Shown one piece after another: positions 1-8,484 of a stretch of 24,260 nt of DNA; position 1 is the first letter of the stretch, and the number at the start of each line of letters is the position of its first letter. The stretch spans positions 1 through 24,260 of the IMG/VR virus record IMGVR_UViG_3300033076_000166; one strand, 5' to 3'. Source of the DNA: a virus. Its lineage: Duplodnaviria; Caudoviricetes. Made by a program: the position numbers and the translations under genes. The notes under the pieces were generated by a model. It was given only the letters and a program-made list of their open reading frames with translations, made no database searches and had not been told where the DNA came from.

Positions 1-257
1 TCTGCGTCATACGTGTCTCCTATAGCTGCGTATTTACCACGGAAGTTACCGTTGTAGCTCGTCTGAACCCAGCGGGTATCTGCGCCGAACAATGACTGGC
101 AGAACTCAACGCCTTTATCTTCGGACTCGATAACGCTAACAGCGATACTGCCGTCTTCATTTACAGACGTTTGCTTGCTGACTACAAGCTCGCTGTTATG
201 CACAGTGATGACTTGCAGTACTACGTTGTTTTCGTCAAGTTGTGCAAAATGTGCCAT
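1..257 (-). CDS. Phage tail-region hypothetical protein, 3' end outside the window
   Basis: Not in the ORF track. ATG at 257 reads MAHFAQLDENNVVLQVITVHNSE...WVQTSYNGNFRGKYAAIGDTYDA, open to the window edge. It directly follows the Gly-rich gene. Confidence 0.8.
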   Translation of the reverse strand, partial: MAHFAQLDENNVVLQVITVHNSELVVSKQTSVNEDGSIAVSVIESEDKGVEFCQSLFGADTRWVQTSYNGNFRGKYAAIGDTYDA

Positions 258-265
258 GCCGTACC

Positions 266-1147
266 TTAGAATGTAATCGTGCCAGAGCCAGTAAATGTGT
301 AGGTAACGTATCCGTTTGCGGTAGATATGGTTGGAGAGCCTGTAGTCGCCGCTGTGGGGTACGCCGCTGAATGCCTAATAATAACCACACCAGAGCCGCC
401 TGTGCCACCTGAACCGCCAGTAGCGTTACCTTGCCCACCCCCACCACCACCTGTATTAGCCGTGCCTGAAGTAGCAGTTCCGGCATTGTACGGGCCGCTA
501 CCTGCTCCACCACCTCCTGTACCCCCAGCTCCACCGCCTTGGGAGCCTCCACCACCACCGCCACCACCGGCATAGTAAGTAGGCGTTCCGGTTATCGCGG
601 ACATCAAACCAATGCCACCAATGCCAGAAGCACTAGCTGCACCATTGCCACCGACTGCGCCTGCACCGCCGCCCCCGCCTTGTGGGTAGTTTGTATTTAG
701 AAACGCGTTGCCGCCGTCGTTACCTTGCCCAGCGGTTCCAAGCCCGTTGTACCCAGTACCTACCACGTTAGTCGTAGCGTAAACACCACCGCCACCACCA
801 GAACCGCCGTTTTTGCCTGCGGTAGTTCCTTGACCACCGCCGCCACCGCCCAGCGCTGTTATTGCCCCAAAAACAGAATTCGAGCCAGTACTACCGGGCT
901 TGGTTCCAGTTGCTTGTCCTGCAGCACCGCCGCCACCAATGGTAACGGTATAAGTTGTGCTTCTAGCAAAATAAACGGTGGCCGCAGTTAACAAGCCCCC
1001 TGCGCCACCACCCCCACCACCATCTCCGCCACCACCGCCACCACCAGCCGCTACCAAATAGTCAAGCGGTATACCAGACGGGTACGTAAAGACGTTCGGG
1101 TTGTACCCGTTCGATACAAAGTTACCGGGGTTGGAACGCAGTCCCAT
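266..1147 (-). CDS. Glycine-rich virion/tail-fibre-like protein
   Basis: 293 aa with YLVAAGGGGGG, YYAGGGGGG, ANTGGGGGG and GGSGVVIIR motifs and a YTFTGSGTITF C-terminus, typical of Gly-rich phage tail domains. Located at the distal end of the structural operon. Confidence 0.8.
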   Translation of the reverse strand: MGLRSNPGNFVSNGYNPNVFTYPSGIPLDYLVAAGGGGGGGDGGGGGGAGGLLTAATVYFARSTTYTVTIGGGGAAGQATGTKPGSTGSNSVFGAITALGGGGGGQGTTAGKNGGSGGGGGVYATTNVVGTGYNGLGTAGQGNDGGNAFLNTNYPQGGGGGAGAVGGNGAASASGIGGIGLMSAITGTPTYYAGGGGGGGGSQGGGAGGTGGGGAGSGPYNAGTATSGTANTGGGGGGQGNATGGSGGTGGSGVVIIRHSAAYPTAATTGSPTISTANGYVTYTFTGSGTITF

Positions 1148-1157
1148 GCTTCACCTA

Positions 1158-1565
1158 TTAGGTAACAACTTCGAACGACGCGGTAAAAGTCAGGGCACTA
1201 GCAGTACCGCTGTATGCAGCGACCGATTGGTTCTCCGTGATGTACAGTGGCGTGGTTTTGTCGATAATGATCAAGGATGCGTTAGGAGGTACTGAAATCT
1301 GATACGCCGGGTAAGTCACCACAGTAGCTGAGCCAAACGTCGCGTTGTTACCCACAGCAATAGTCGCCGTAGCCGCGGAAGCCGTCGTGTTCGACACAAT
1401 AATTGTGTTGACTTTGTTTACTGAGTTAGTAGCCGGTGTCAGGCCAGTCAGCGACGTAGTTCCGTTGTAAGTCCAAGACGTTGTAGCCGTTGCAGCAGAT
1501 GAAGGGATCACATAGGCAGTGTTCCCAAAGACACTTACTGCGTTCTGAAGATTAGGGTTTGCCAT
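1158..1565 (-). CDS. Putative tail/virion structural protein
   Basis: 135 aa, Thr/Ser/Ala-rich beta-type sequence; AAGGA RBS; tightly packed in the operon. Confidence 0.7.
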   Translation of the reverse strand: MANPNLQNAVSVFGNTAYVIPSSAATATTSWTYNGTTSLTGLTPATNSVNKVNTIIVSNTTASAATATIAVGNNATFGSATVVTYPAYQISVPPNASLIIIDKTTPLYITENQSVAAYSGTASALTFTASFEVVT

Positions 1566-1574
1566 GATTTATCC

Positions 1575-1925
1575 TTAAATGCCGTAGACCATGTTGTTGA
1601 TTATTGCGCGACCTTGCGGAATGGCTCGCGCTGCAGGGTACGTAATAAATACGTCCTGCGTACCAGTAGAAAAGTTAACTGTGCTGCCAGCGTTGCTGGA
1701 AGAAAGAATCGTAGTGCGCTGAAGTGTATTAGCGCCAAGATAGGTCCCGATACCTACTTCCCAGTTAGCGCCTGTCTGATCTGCAATGGTGTAATAGCAA
1801 AGGTCATTCGTTGCCATTACTGAAGAGAAAGCACGGTAGCCAGATACAGCGCCAGCAAGACTGACGTTACCTGTACCCGGCGATACGGTAGTTTCTTTTA
1901 CGCGGTCTGCTTGAATAAGCGCCAT
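1575..1925 (-). CDS. Putative tail fibre-associated protein
   Basis: 116 aa beginning ALIQADRVKETT with WEVGIGTY and DVFITYPA motifs, resembling N-terminal modules of phage tail fibre proteins. Confidence 0.7.
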   Translation of the reverse strand: MALIQADRVKETTVSPGTGNVSLAGAVSGYRAFSSVMATNDLCYYTIADQTGANWEVGIGTYLGANTLQRTTILSSSNAGSTVNFSTGTQDVFITYPAARAIPQGRAIINNMVYGI

Positions 1926-1934
1926 GCTGCCACC

Positions 1935-2951
1935 TTAAATCGTATTAATTGGTATCCACGTACTCGGAATCTGAGTGTTAATTGGCTCCCAACGTGGGTT
2001 GTATACGGAGCCCGGCGAGCCTGTTGCTCCTGTACCGGTTAGCGCTACTGTAATAGTGAATCCGTCTGTGTTAACAAAACCGTCTGCACTTACGCCCGTA
2101 ATATCTACACCAAAGCCCGGAGCAACAGGACCAGCATAACCATTTGCCGCATCACCAGTCAGGGCAACTACAACGCCTTTGACAGTACCGATACTTCCAA
2201 CACTGCCTGCGGCTTGGTTTCCAGTTATTTCTCTGTTGCTTGTAGAGCTATGGTCAACTGTACCGACACTGCCCTGACCTTCGACACCCACGCCCGGCAC
2301 CGTTGGGATTGGGCTTCCTGTTTCTCCGTACGCGACATTGCCTGTCAGAGCCGCCGTGCTGGCCGCTCTTGGTGTTACAGAGCTAACTACGCCAGAAGCA
2401 CTTACACCAGTCAACGCTTTAAACGTGCCCGGCACTGCACCAACACTTCCAACACTGCCTACCTCGCCAACACCGGTAATCGGTAACGCGGTGTCAGGAG
2501 TAATCGTAGCTACGTCCGCAGTAGCAAACACGCCAGCCAAAGCAGCAAAGCTTTCAGCAAACGGCGATACAGAAGCTACATTACCGCGAGCAAAATTACC
2601 GGATAGCTCAACAACAGGGCCGCTGGCACCAACTACATCGCCAGCGTAGCCGTACGCTACAACATGGAACAACGAGGCTGACGAAGCATCAATAGTTCCA
2701 AACGTGCCCAGCAGCCCGTTAGCCGAAACACCTGTAATACCCGTGATCGAGTCAATAGACGGCGCAACAGTCCCACACAGACCTACTGCGGAAGCCCCCG
2801 TAAGCGCTGCTGACGATGTTGCCAGCGTACCTACAGTACCTGTAAAACCTGCGGCTGTTACCCCCGTTAAGGCGACCGTGATATTGGGAACGACAATGCC
2901 GCCCCCAGTATCACTATAAGGTGCCCCCGCGTAGGGAAAAAAGCCGTACAT
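1935..2951 (-). CDS. Low-complexity repeat tail/virion protein
   Basis: 338 aa with recurring (L/I)TGVxAxGxVG(T/S)V units, an aromatic N-terminus (MYGFFPYAGAPYS) and a WxPINT tandem at the C-terminus. Confidence 0.75.
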   Translation of the reverse strand: MYGFFPYAGAPYSDTGGGIVVPNITVALTGVTAAGFTGTVGTLATSSAALTGASAVGLCGTVAPSIDSITGITGVSANGLLGTFGTIDASSASLFHVVAYGYAGDVVGASGPVVELSGNFARGNVASVSPFAESFAALAGVFATADVATITPDTALPITGVGEVGSVGSVGAVPGTFKALTGVSASGVVSSVTPRAASTAALTGNVAYGETGSPIPTVPGVGVEGQGSVGTVDHSSTSNREITGNQAAGSVGSIGTVKGVVVALTGDAANGYAGPVAPGFGVDITGVSADGFVNTDGFTITVALTGTGATGSPGSVYNPRWEPINTQIPSTWIPINTI

Positions 2952-2957
2952 GTTTTA

Positions 2958-3443
2958 TTAGGTAGTAGCCAAACGCAGCAGAGCAGTCGAGGTAGTATTC
3001 GACGGCATGGTCAGAGTAAACGTACCGGAAGTCACGGTCTGGGCAGTGAAAGTATGTACGCTGACAGCCTTGTTGCTCTGGGTGCTGTTATAAATCAACA
3101 CGCAGTCAAACGAAGCAAAAGTCACCGGGCTACCAGCAGAGCCGTACACGATAGACGCCGAAGGAGTCCAATACGCAGTACCCGCAGTTGCCGAGCTATT
3201 TGCCGAGTTAGGTGCGGTAGCGTTAGTTACCGTTACACCACCCGCCGTATAGTTGGCGCTCGACACTTCGCCGGTAGCTGTATAAGCCGTAGTCGAAGCA
3301 TTGATCGTTGCCGAAGTCAGGTACAAAGCAGCTTTAAAAGTATCAGCCGCAGTGGTACCACGAGTCGGGGCGGTGCCAAAGTTGTGCGTAGCGGTCATCA
3401 GTTCTTGCATGAACGATGTGCACATTGCTTGAGTGTTTGCCAT
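2958..3443 (-). CDS. Putative tail structural protein (paralog of 3658..4074)
   Basis: 161 aa; TSF..E, DTFKAALY, YTAGG and LIYNSTQSNKAVSV motifs are shared with 3658..4074; GAGGA RBS. Confidence 0.75.
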   Translation of the reverse strand: MANTQAMCTSFMQELMTATHNFGTAPTRGTTAADTFKAALYLTSATINASTTAYTATGEVSSANYTAGGVTVTNATAPNSANSSATAGTAYWTPSASIVYGSAGSPVTFASFDCVLIYNSTQSNKAVSVHTFTAQTVTSGTFTLTMPSNTTSTALLRLATT

Positions 3444-3456
3444 TTTGGTCCTCTAC

Positions 3457-3648
3457 TTAAAAAGATGCGGCAACAGGCACGCCGCTTACGTCATACTTCT
3501 TCAAAATCATATCGACTGATCGGTGCACAAGTTCCCCATCCAGCCAATACTCAACCCAGTTAATCGTTTCTGCCTCGTTGTCGATGGTGCCGGTCTTCTT
3601 CTCCAGCAGGTTATCTTCCATCGGTCCTTTTGTTGTTTGAATTATCAT
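3457..3648 (-). CDS. Small hypothetical phage protein
   Basis: 63 aa, strong RBS TAAGGAG, WVEYWLDGELVHRSV motif; fills the gap between its neighbours. Confidence 0.75.
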   Translation of the reverse strand: MIIQTTKGPMEDNLLEKKTGTIDNEAETINWVEYWLDGELVHRSVDMILKKYDVSGVPVAASF

Positions 3649-3657
3649 GTATTCTCC

Positions 3658-4074
3658 TTAAGGGAAACGAATCAGCGCTGTGGAAGCCGCATCGACAGGC
3701 ATTACTATTTTAAAATCAGACATGGTTTTGTCAGAACCAAAATTTAAAACCGCAACAGATTTATTGCTTCTTGTCACGTTGTAAATCAACGCGCCTCGGG
3801 CAGTCAGATAAGACGCAGGCCAAACAACGTCAGAAAAGTTAACGTACACCGTGCCGTTTGTTGCGACTTTTATAGTCGCGCCGGTCAGCGCTTTGCCCCC
3901 AGCGTCATACCCTGTGCCCGTAATTTCGTTCAACGACGTGTACTCTGTCGTATTGGGGCCGATGTTTGCCATACCCGAATACAAGGCAATATACAGCGTG
4001 TCAGACGCCAAGTTCTGCTGCGCCTGCAGCATCTCTTGCTTAAAGCTTGTCGTCAGTCCTTGCTCAATCGCCAT
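3658..4074 (-). CDS. Putative tail structural protein (paralog of 2958..3443)
   Basis: 138 aa; TSFKQE, DTLYIALY, YDAGG and ARGALIYNVTRSNKSVAVLNFG motifs; start overlaps the upstream stop. Confidence 0.75.
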   Translation of the reverse strand: MAIEQGLTTSFKQEMLQAQQNLASDTLYIALYSGMANIGPNTTEYTSLNEITGTGYDAGGKALTGATIKVATNGTVYVNFSDVVWPASYLTARGALIYNVTRSNKSVAVLNFGSDKTMSDFKIVMPVDAASTALIRFP

Positions 4075-4997
4075 TATTGAGTCACCTTAATTCTTGCCTG
4101 ACCGTCGCGGTATGCGTCACCACGATCCAGACCAGTACCAAGACGGTTAAGCTGTCCGAGGGCTTCTTTAAACTTGGCTTCGTAGTACTTCATCATATCT
4201 TCTTCACCCTTCATGAAGATATAGGCTTCCACCAAAGAGCCGTACAGAAGCACGGGCGAATAATTGTCGCCCAGCCAAGAAGAGCCGTCGGGGTTAATCA
4301 AGGTATCAACCGGAATAGAGAAACCGGTACCCGCGCCTAGATACTGCGTGCTTGCGGAAAGAACATCGCCAGCCGTATAAAACGAACCACCGCTTCTAAG
4401 GGTTACTGACAGAATAGAACCGCCAGACACGGTAATGTCGGCAGTAGCCCCAGAGCCCGTACCACCAGTCAGCGGCACTCGATAGTAGCTACCATTGGTA
4501 TATCCCGAACCGCCTGTGATTGTGCCAAGCAACTTAATGATGCCCTGCACAATTGACACGGGGTAGTAGTAATAGTGCAACTCAATGTCGTAGTTGTCGT
4601 CCGGGGTAGGAGCCAGCATGAAGCTAAGTTCATTGGTTGCTTGCCTGTTCAAAACCTCGGGGCCAAACAGTGCGTAGTACTTGGGAACGCCTGTGTCGTT
4701 CGGGTTCGGGTACGCGGCGCGTAGGAAGTTAACGTCCTTGTTCAGCAGGTACTCATAGTTACCGTCGGCATCTATAACTGCCATAGAAAACGCGGACAAA
4801 AAGTCCGTTGGGCAAGTCAGGTACGGACTATTCTGCTGGGCTTGGCCGGTCGAGTTTCTACGCAGTGGGAGAATCTGCACCGTGTTGTAGATGCGTTCTT
4901 CCGCCTGCTGGACAAAGACAGGGATATTCGCCACGAACGTCTGTTCGTAGTTCTGCGTGTAGTCCTGTATGGTTTGCCAGAGTTCTGCGTAGTTCAC
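4074..4997 (-). CDS. Putative head-tail adaptor / tail tubular-type protein with an internal Gly-rich beta domain
   Basis: 307 aa, GTG start with GGAG RBS. Helical N-terminus (FVQQAEERIY), LAPTPD motif and LLYGSLVEAY C-terminal helix fit podovirus-type neck proteins. Function inferred from motifs and position. Confidence 0.65.
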   Translation of the reverse strand: MNYAELWQTIQDYTQNYEQTFVANIPVFVQQAEERIYNTVQILPLRRNSTGQAQQNSPYLTCPTDFLSAFSMAVIDADGNYEYLLNKDVNFLRAAYPNPNDTGVPKYYALFGPEVLNRQATNELSFMLAPTPDDNYDIELHYYYYPVSIVQGIIKLLGTITGGSGYTNGSYYRVPLTGGTGSGATADITVSGGSILSVTLRSGGSFYTAGDVLSASTQYLGAGTGFSIPVDTLINPDGSSWLGDNYSPVLLYGSLVEAYIFMKGEEDMMKYYEAKFKEALGQLNRLGTGLDRGDAYRDGQARIKVTQ

Positions 4998-5007
4998 TTA
5001 CCGCTCC

Positions 5008-5268
5008 TTAGCCCATTGGGCCGCGTGCCATTACGCCTTTGGTTGCCGCGCCAGTGCCGCGAATCTTGGTGCCAGACGTCTTCACGGCGTCGCCATTACG
5101 CTTGGACAGGTTGCCCACCGAAATGTTCATCGAGTCCATTTCAGCCGCGCCTGACTTGCCTTTGGACGGCGTGGCTTTCACTTCCTTGCCGGACATCGTG
5201 TGTGGCTTGGCATAGACACTGGCAGCGCCAATCTCTTTGCCTTTAACTTTTTCGGAATATTTAGCCAT
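5008..5268 (-). CDS. Small basic (Lys/Gly-rich) virion-associated protein
   Basis: 86 aa ending KIRGTGAATKGVMARGPMG; in operon register. Confidence 0.75.
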   Translation of the reverse strand: MAKYSEKVKGKEIGAASVYAKPHTMSGKEVKATPSKGKSGAAEMDSMNISVGNLSKRNGDAVKTSGTKIRGTGAATKGVMARGPMG

Positions 5269-5270
5269 GA

Positions 5271-5435
5271 TTACCCCGTCTTCTGGTTGTTGGCACGAGC
5301 CATGTTACGACCAACGGCTTTCATCTGGTCAGTGGTCACGCCGCCCTTAGCCATCTTCTTAGCGCCCTTGTGCATCTTCTGCTCGTGGGCACGAACTTCC
5401 TGCTTGGCGATACCGCGAACTTGTTTGGTGTTCAT
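5271..5435 (-). CDS. Small basic protein (54 aa), missing from the ORF track
   Basis: TAGGAG RBS, ATG at 5435, MNTKQVRGIAKQEVRAHEQKMHKGAKKMAKGGVTTDQMKAVGRNMARANNQKTG, TAA at 5271-5273; exactly fills the intergenic gap. Confidence 0.8.
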   Translation of the reverse strand: MNTKQVRGIAKQEVRAHEQKMHKGAKKMAKGGVTTDQMKAVGRNMARANNQKTG

Positions 5436-5443
5436 CTTAACTC

Positions 5444-5872
5444 CTACGCTGACGTAATTGTCACATTACCTACTAATCCTGCCGACACCAAATAGTTCGG
5501 AGTCAGCCCTGCATCGTTGGCGCTTGCCCCACCAACCGGCCTCCAGCCCCACTGAATCACACGGCTACCTGTGCTGGGCTCACCGCTGGATTCCGTCGAT
5601 GTGCCCGGCGTTTGCGTCAACTGCAAGCCCGTGTAGCCTGCTTGGTAGTAACTAAGATCAGGACGCGGATCGCGAATACCTTGCGGATCATCCACCGGAT
5701 ACATACCCAACTGCAACTGCGGGTGATCCGGGTCCCAGCAGGTCGGGCAGACCAGCAGGTTATACGTCTTGGTCTTAATTACTTCCTTCTTCAACTCCTT
5801 CAGCTTATACCTCTGGCCGCAACGATCGCACTCCGCGATCGCATTCTTGCCAGAAGCAAACCTGTTACCCAT
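5444..5872 (-). CDS. Zinc-ribbon-containing phage protein
   Basis: 142 aa with CDRC and CPTC pairs followed by a Pro-rich DHPQLQLG...DPRPD segment. Confidence 0.75.
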   Translation of the reverse strand: MGNRFASGKNAIAECDRCGQRYKLKELKKEVIKTKTYNLLVCPTCWDPDHPQLQLGMYPVDDPQGIRDPRPDLSYYQAGYTGLQLTQTPGTSTESSGEPSTGSRVIQWGWRPVGGASANDAGLTPNYLVSAGLVGNVTITSA

Positions 5873-6822
5873 TAATAACTACCCCCAATGAACATCTGAC
5901 GCGGCACAAAACGTACCGCTGCCCGGTCTTGATCTTCATTGGCGGCGTTTTGCCATGCCTCGTCATACTGCATTTTAAGGTCAGCCAGACGAGCGTAACC
6001 TTCGGGAATCTTCAAGGCTATGTAATACGCCAGCCCCGCCACCAGTGCTGGGACAAAACGAAACGGAACATCCATCGTCTTTGTGCCGCCGCTACCAGCA
6101 TCCTGAATACGGCGCATGCGCCAGTACACAAACTGATATTGGTAAGCTGAATCCGGGGTCGGCCAGACCGTGATGCTTTGTTTCTGAACCAACTTGATCG
6201 TATCGCCGCTTGAGTGCGGTGCCGCAGTCGTTCCGTCCTGACCCCGATTACAGTTCAGAAGATACGCCGGGCTGCCGCCAGCCGCAGGCTGAATTTCATT
6301 AAAAGCAATAAGCTCCGTGCCAATCTTGATAAAGCCTGCGTTGGGGACGCCCGCCACACTCGAAATCGGAATGCTCGTATCCGTCGCTGTCACGGTGCCG
6401 TCCACAGTTCCCGGCAGCGTGGATTCGCTGCCCGACAAACGCTGCACCCACACCTGAATCGGACGGCCTTGGATCAGTTTGTTGGGGATGGTGGCGTAAG
6501 TCGATACGGAAATGCGGGTGATTGTCAGATCAGCTTGGTTATTTGGGACGTTGGCGTTGGTTCGGATAACATGATCCAAAATGTCCACCGTATCGTCCGG
6601 CAATGCGTAAGTGGGCTGTCCTTGGGTAAGAATGATCGCGTTCTGTTCGAACGTCCACATGTTCACGCCACGGTTTGCCCAGTCCGCAAACAGCAGATTC
6701 ATGGACCTGCGAGCTGTCTTGAGGTCATAACCAGTGCGCAACTGCCCACCGGCACGCTCGAATGCTTCTTCGACGTACTCGTTCAGGTCAAGATTGAATG
6801 ATGCTGTGCCAGAAGTTGTCAT
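5872..6822 (-). CDS. Putative head-tail connector/adaptor protein
   Basis: 316 aa; EEAFERAG, ARRSMNLLFADWANRG, VWPTPD and ALVAGLAYYIALK motifs fit portal-adjacent adaptor proteins. Inferred from motif pattern and position. Confidence 0.65.
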   Translation of the reverse strand: MTTSGTASFNLDLNEYVEEAFERAGGQLRTGYDLKTARRSMNLLFADWANRGVNMWTFEQNAIILTQGQPTYALPDDTVDILDHVIRTNANVPNNQADLTITRISVSTYATIPNKLIQGRPIQVWVQRLSGSESTLPGTVDGTVTATDTSIPISSVAGVPNAGFIKIGTELIAFNEIQPAAGGSPAYLLNCNRGQDGTTAAPHSSGDTIKLVQKQSITVWPTPDSAYQYQFVYWRMRRIQDAGSGGTKTMDVPFRFVPALVAGLAYYIALKIPEGYARLADLKMQYDEAWQNAANEDQDRAAVRFVPRQMFIGGSY

Positions 6823-6825
6823 CTA

Positions 6826-7059
6826 TTATCTAAACCTTGCGGTTTTCTTAGCTATACCCTTGGGCTGCTTAACAAACTGCTTGCCTTTTGCTTTCCCTGC
6901 CCGCTTTGCCTTCGTTGTGGCAGCGTACTCGGCTGGGCTTAACGCCTTGATCGCCTTTTCCGGGAGATACCTCTCGCCGGTCTTTGACGATGGCTTTCCT
7001 GACTTTGTTCGCCATTTCTGGTCCCCCCAGTCTTTCAAGCTTTTCTGTGGCGCTTTCAA
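6826..7059 (-). CDS. Small basic protein, resembling the C-terminal half of DUF5872-like proteins
   Basis: 77 aa; TTG start overlaps the upstream TGA; SLKDWGDQKWRTKSGK and RYLPEKAIKALS motifs. Confidence 0.7.
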   Translation of the reverse strand: MKAPQKSLKDWGDQKWRTKSGKPSSKTGERYLPEKAIKALSPAEYAATTKAKRAGKAKGKQFVKQPKGIAKKTARFR

Positions 7060-7331
7060 TCCTTATATCCCCCACCTGCGGCCTTGTACTTCTTAGCCAC
7101 AAGCTGCGCTTTACGTGCAGACCACTGACCTGCTTTGGTGCCGTGGGTAGCTGCCGCTTTTACCTGCGACACGATCTTCTTGCGAAGACCCGGCTTGGTG
7201 TAGTTGCCTGCCGCGTTAACCTTCCCACCTTCTTTGTACTGCGTAAAGTCGGTGTCATCCCTACGGGCTTTCTTCTTACCCTTGGGCATCTTGGAGGGGG
7301 CAATGTCCCCCATACCCCGAGACGCCTTCAT
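7056..7331 (-). CDS. Small basic protein, containing the N-terminal half of DUF5872-like proteins
   Basis: 91 aa; YTKPGLRKKI...KAGQWSARKAQLVAKKYKAAGGGY motif. Confidence 0.75.
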   Translation of the reverse strand: MKASRGMGDIAPSKMPKGKKKARRDDTDFTQYKEGGKVNAAGNYTKPGLRKKIVSQVKAAATHGTKAGQWSARKAQLVAKKYKAAGGGYKD

Positions 7332-7332
7332 A

Positions 7333-7749
7333 TCAGCACTTACCGCCGCGTTTCATGCCTTTGCCGCCAGCCATAGAAATCATCTTGCCTTTGGTATGGC
7401 CTTTCTGCTGGATGGTGTGCTCGCCGTGCGGGCGCTTGCCGCCTGCAACCACTTTGCCCATTTTGGAAGCACCAACAGTGCCGCCTTTTGCGTATTTTTC
7501 AGCTTTCATTTCAGCTTCCTCGTGTTTAATCATGGATTTCGGAGCGCCCTTTTTCTTCATGAACGCCACTTCTTTGCCAATCATCTTCTTTGACTCAGCC
7601 ATACCGCCCTCCTTGAACTTCTTTCCCTTGTCCGCTTGCACGAACTCCTTACCCACGGACTGCGAAATGCCAAGACGTTTGGCAGCGGCTAGGTCGTGGG
7701 CGACCATAGCCATCAGATTATGCTGGGATTTACTCTTGCTTGGCATCAT
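7333..7749 (-). CDS. Lys/Met/Gly-rich basic protein with repeated xxxGG motifs (possible internal virion protein)
   Basis: Likely start is the ATG at 7749 or 7746 (MMPSKSKSQHNLM...), not the TTG at 7767. Contains FKEGG, YAKGG and MKRGG. Confidence 0.75.
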   Translation of the reverse strand: MMPSKSKSQHNLMAMVAHDLAAAKRLGISQSVGKEFVQADKGKKFKEGGMAESKKMIGKEVAFMKKKGAPKSMIKHEEAEMKAEKYAKGGTVGASKMGKVVAGGKRPHGEHTIQQKGHTKGKMISMAGGKGMKRGGKC

Positions 7750-7936
7750 CTTCTTTCTTGGTGCCAATAAGCACCGAGAATTGTTTGCCGGTCAGCATTT
7801 CCGCTATGCGCATTAACGTCCAAACCGCACCGATCAAACCGAAGACCGGCGTGAACAGGTTAAGGAAAGACCCGATAGCCGCAATAGCCGATACAAAGTC
7901 CAGCGTGTGCTTAACTGTGTCTTGATGTTGCGTCAT
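7730..7936 (-). CDS. Small membrane protein (holin-like candidate)
   Basis: 68 aa with a long hydrophobic stretch FVSAIAAIGSFLNLFTPVFGLIGAVWTLM and a charged C-terminus. Holin function is only an inference. Confidence 0.6.
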   Translation of the reverse strand: MTQHQDTVKHTLDFVSAIAAIGSFLNLFTPVFGLIGAVWTLMRIAEMLTGKQFSVLIGTKKEDDAKQE

Positions 7937-7937
7937 A

Positions 7938-8192
7938 TCAACACTTCCATGCCCTTAAACTTTTGTTAATACGGCTGTTCGGGTCTTTGGCTGTCTTGGA
8001 GCTAGTCAGCTTCTTTTTCATTCCTTCCATACGGGCACAGAATGACTTTTTCCGCGGACCGCCTTCCGGCTGTGGCGCTTTCAAACCGGGCTTACCGGGA
8101 TTCGCTTTGTTGTACGAAGCCCTACCCTTGGCGTTCAATCCGCCTGCAGGGTTTTTGCCTTCTTTGCGTTGCCACGCCGGGGTCTTAGCCAT
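7938..8192 (-). CDS. Small basic phage protein (DUF6321-like)
   Basis: 84 aa; GGLNAKGRASYN, RKKSFCARM and SRINKSLRAWKC motifs. Family name recalled, not verified. Confidence 0.7.
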   Translation of the reverse strand: MAKTPAWQRKEGKNPAGGLNAKGRASYNKANPGKPGLKAPQPEGGPRKKSFCARMEGMKKKLTSSKTAKDPNSRINKSLRAWKC

Positions 8193-8472
8193 AGAACACC
8201 GTCACAGTCGCGCTTGACAGCGTTGCGTAAATACCGTCGCTGCACAAAATGCCTTCGCCCGGCACAGGAATAAACACCGAACCAGCTGCAGCCGGGGCAA
8301 CAAACGCAAATGCTTTCGCTTGCCCAAGCCCCGGAGAAGTTGCCGTGTCGTAAATATCTACAGTACCGCCCGATGCGTATGCAATAAGAATGCCTTTCAC
8401 GCGTGAACGGTACGTAGTTACGGCACCCGATGTTGCCCGATAGCCGGACTTAACGTCTGCTTGCATAGCCAT
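8185..8472 (-). CDS. Putative virion structural protein
   Basis: 95 aa, AGGAGG RBS, small beta-rich sequence with a PGEGIL motif. Confidence 0.75.
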   Translation of the reverse strand: MAMQADVKSGYRATSGAVTTYRSRVKGILIAYASGGTVDIYDTATSPGLGQAKAFAFVAPAAAGSVFIPVPGEGILCSDGIYATLSSATVTVFYG

Positions 8473-8484
8473 AACGGCCTCCTA

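Noticed and set aside
380-1050. Dense CCACC/CCGCC repeats
   Set aside because: These are Gly codon runs of the Gly-rich protein, not a CRISPR array or DNA-level tandem repeat.
3646-3661. TAAGGAGAATACATG as a fifth sRNA target
   Set aside because: Only AAGGAGAA matches and the spacer differs; a weak interaction at best.
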